Below, piece by piece: positions 34,387-35,184 of a stretch of 35,184 bases of DNA. Numbering within the stretch: the stretch's first letter is position 1; the number at the start of each line of letters is the position of its first letter. Origin of the DNA: an uncultured Ignavibacteriaceae bacterium (lineage in GTDB: Bacteria; Bacteroidota; Ignavibacteria; UBA10030); assembly GCA_964465905.1 (NCBI GenBank), contig CAYXMK010000001.1:16923-52106 (forward strand), read 5' to 3'. The position numbers were made by a program, and so were the translations under genes. The notes beneath the pieces are model-generated. The model ran no database searches. It was given only the letters and a program-made list of their open reading frames with translations, and was not told the origin of the DNA.

Positions 34387-35184
34387 CTACGCCACGCGTC
34401 TCCGTTGGCCGTTCCAGAGAGCCGCAGCAACGGTCGCAAACAGGGCAACCAAGGCCAGGGGCTTGGGTGCATGCACAAGCAGGCTTTCCGCAGTGCTCCA
34501 GTAGTACTCGGGATCGGCAACAACCGGCTGTTGGTCCACCAGCGCAAAGAGTGTCGGCAGAGCGACAACGGCATAGCTTCCCCAGAGGACGGGGGAGAAG
34601 TGAAATCGTTCCTGTTCATGCGCCAGGAACAGGAAGATGAACACGGGAAGAACCATGACGTATTGATGTTCCCACACGTGTTTATAGAGGAGGAAATAGA
34701 TGAGCATCCAGAGCAGACACAGGTCCAGGAACGAACTGCGTTCCAGCTTCAGTGTCAGAACGAGGCCGATGAGCCCGATGACGATAACCGTCAGCATGGT
34801 GGGGAGAAGGAGAACGCTGTTCAGAGCATCCAGTTGTGCATTCACTTCGAAAATGGACCCGGGCCAATAGCCGCCCAACCGGAGGACGGAGATTCCGATC
34901 AGCGCGGCAAACCCCTGGTTGCCGGCAAGGGACGGGACCTTCATTCCTTCCGTCAGATTTGCCGCAAACGCCTCGAAGCTGCCCGGTACCAGCATGAAGT
35001 ACGGGAGCGAGCAGACCAGCACGAAGAGGGTGCCGAACACGATGGGCTTCCATCTTCCGAACCGGATGAGCACGGGAGCAATGACTGCGGAGTTCGATTT
35101 CACGCCGAGCGACAACACCCAGAGCGCATCTCCCGCCGTGGACCGCTTCGACGCCCACGCAGCCAGCATCCAGAACATCAGCGA
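34387..35184 (-). CDS. polytopic membrane protein, DUF2029/GT87-like (5' end outside window)
   Basis: The frame is open to the window edge and the stop lies 6 nt upstream of the next gene's ATG. It is very hydrophobic with multiple TM helices. A family assignment from ...YKHVWEHQYV... is tentative. Confidence 0.55.
   Translation of the reverse strand, partial: SLMFWMLAAWASKRSTAGDALWVLSLGVKSNSAVIAPVLIRFGRWKPIVFGTLFVLVCSLPYFMLVPGSFEAFAANLTEGMKVPSLAGNQGFAALIGISVLRLGGYWPGSIFEVNAQLDALNSVLLLPTMLTVIVIGLIGLVLTLKLERSSFLDLCLLWMLIYFLLYKHVWEHQYVMVLPVFIFLFLAHEQERFHFSPVLWGSYAVVALPTLFALVDQQPVVADPEYYWSTAESLLVHAPKPLALVALFATVAAALWNGQRRRVA

Noticed and set aside
1-35184. Search for CRISPR arrays, tRNA/rRNA genes, transposases, integrases, phage or defence-system genes
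   Set aside because: I saw no regularly spaced direct repeats, no tRNA-like T-loop/acceptor architecture in the intergenic gaps, and no recombinase, transposase or nuclease-helicase defence signatures. The window looks like core chromosome rather than an island.

Overview
Visibly GC-rich chromosomal segment (GC not computed). It probably comes from an FCB-superphylum bacterium, because two secreted enzymes end in T9SS-type C-terminal sorting domains (NxPNPFNxST...LLxR). I support about 29 protein genes, mostly on the + strand and packed into tight operons with several overlapping start/stop junctions. I saw no rRNA, tRNA, CRISPR array, transposase or integrase. Recognisable genes: RcnA-like metal permease, GNAT-fold protein, K+-independent H+-pyrophosphatase (hppA), pdxB, a PDZ-containing sensor kinase with an OmpR-type regulator, an SDR plus B12-radical-SAM pair, an OMP/lipoprotein/5'-nucleotidase operon, a GH3 hexosaminidase, a stand-alone TrpB2, an AhpD-like protein, an M14 peptidase and two GT-C-like membrane proteins. 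Two things deserve follow-up. (1) An unannotated 25-codon leader ORF (MKPMQQRTQVSLWWWRWFKPAFPSP) is followed by five mutually exclusive RNA segments and two tandem terminator hairpins directly upstream of the orphan trpB2. This looks like a ribosome-mediated Trp attenuator. (2) A translationally coupled operon (19782-25891, possibly starting at 19200) encodes an SDR epimerase, a DAGK-type lipid kinase, a ThiL/PurM-like ATP enzyme, a UbiA prenyltransferase and an unusual fusion of an endonuclease/exonuclease/phosphatase (EEP) domain to a POTRA-less Omp85 barrel. I cannot map this to a described pathway. Many very long ORFs on the opposite strand of real genes are GC-driven shadow ORFs and were rejected. 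All family assignments come from motif recognition by eye and need HMM or BLAST confirmation.
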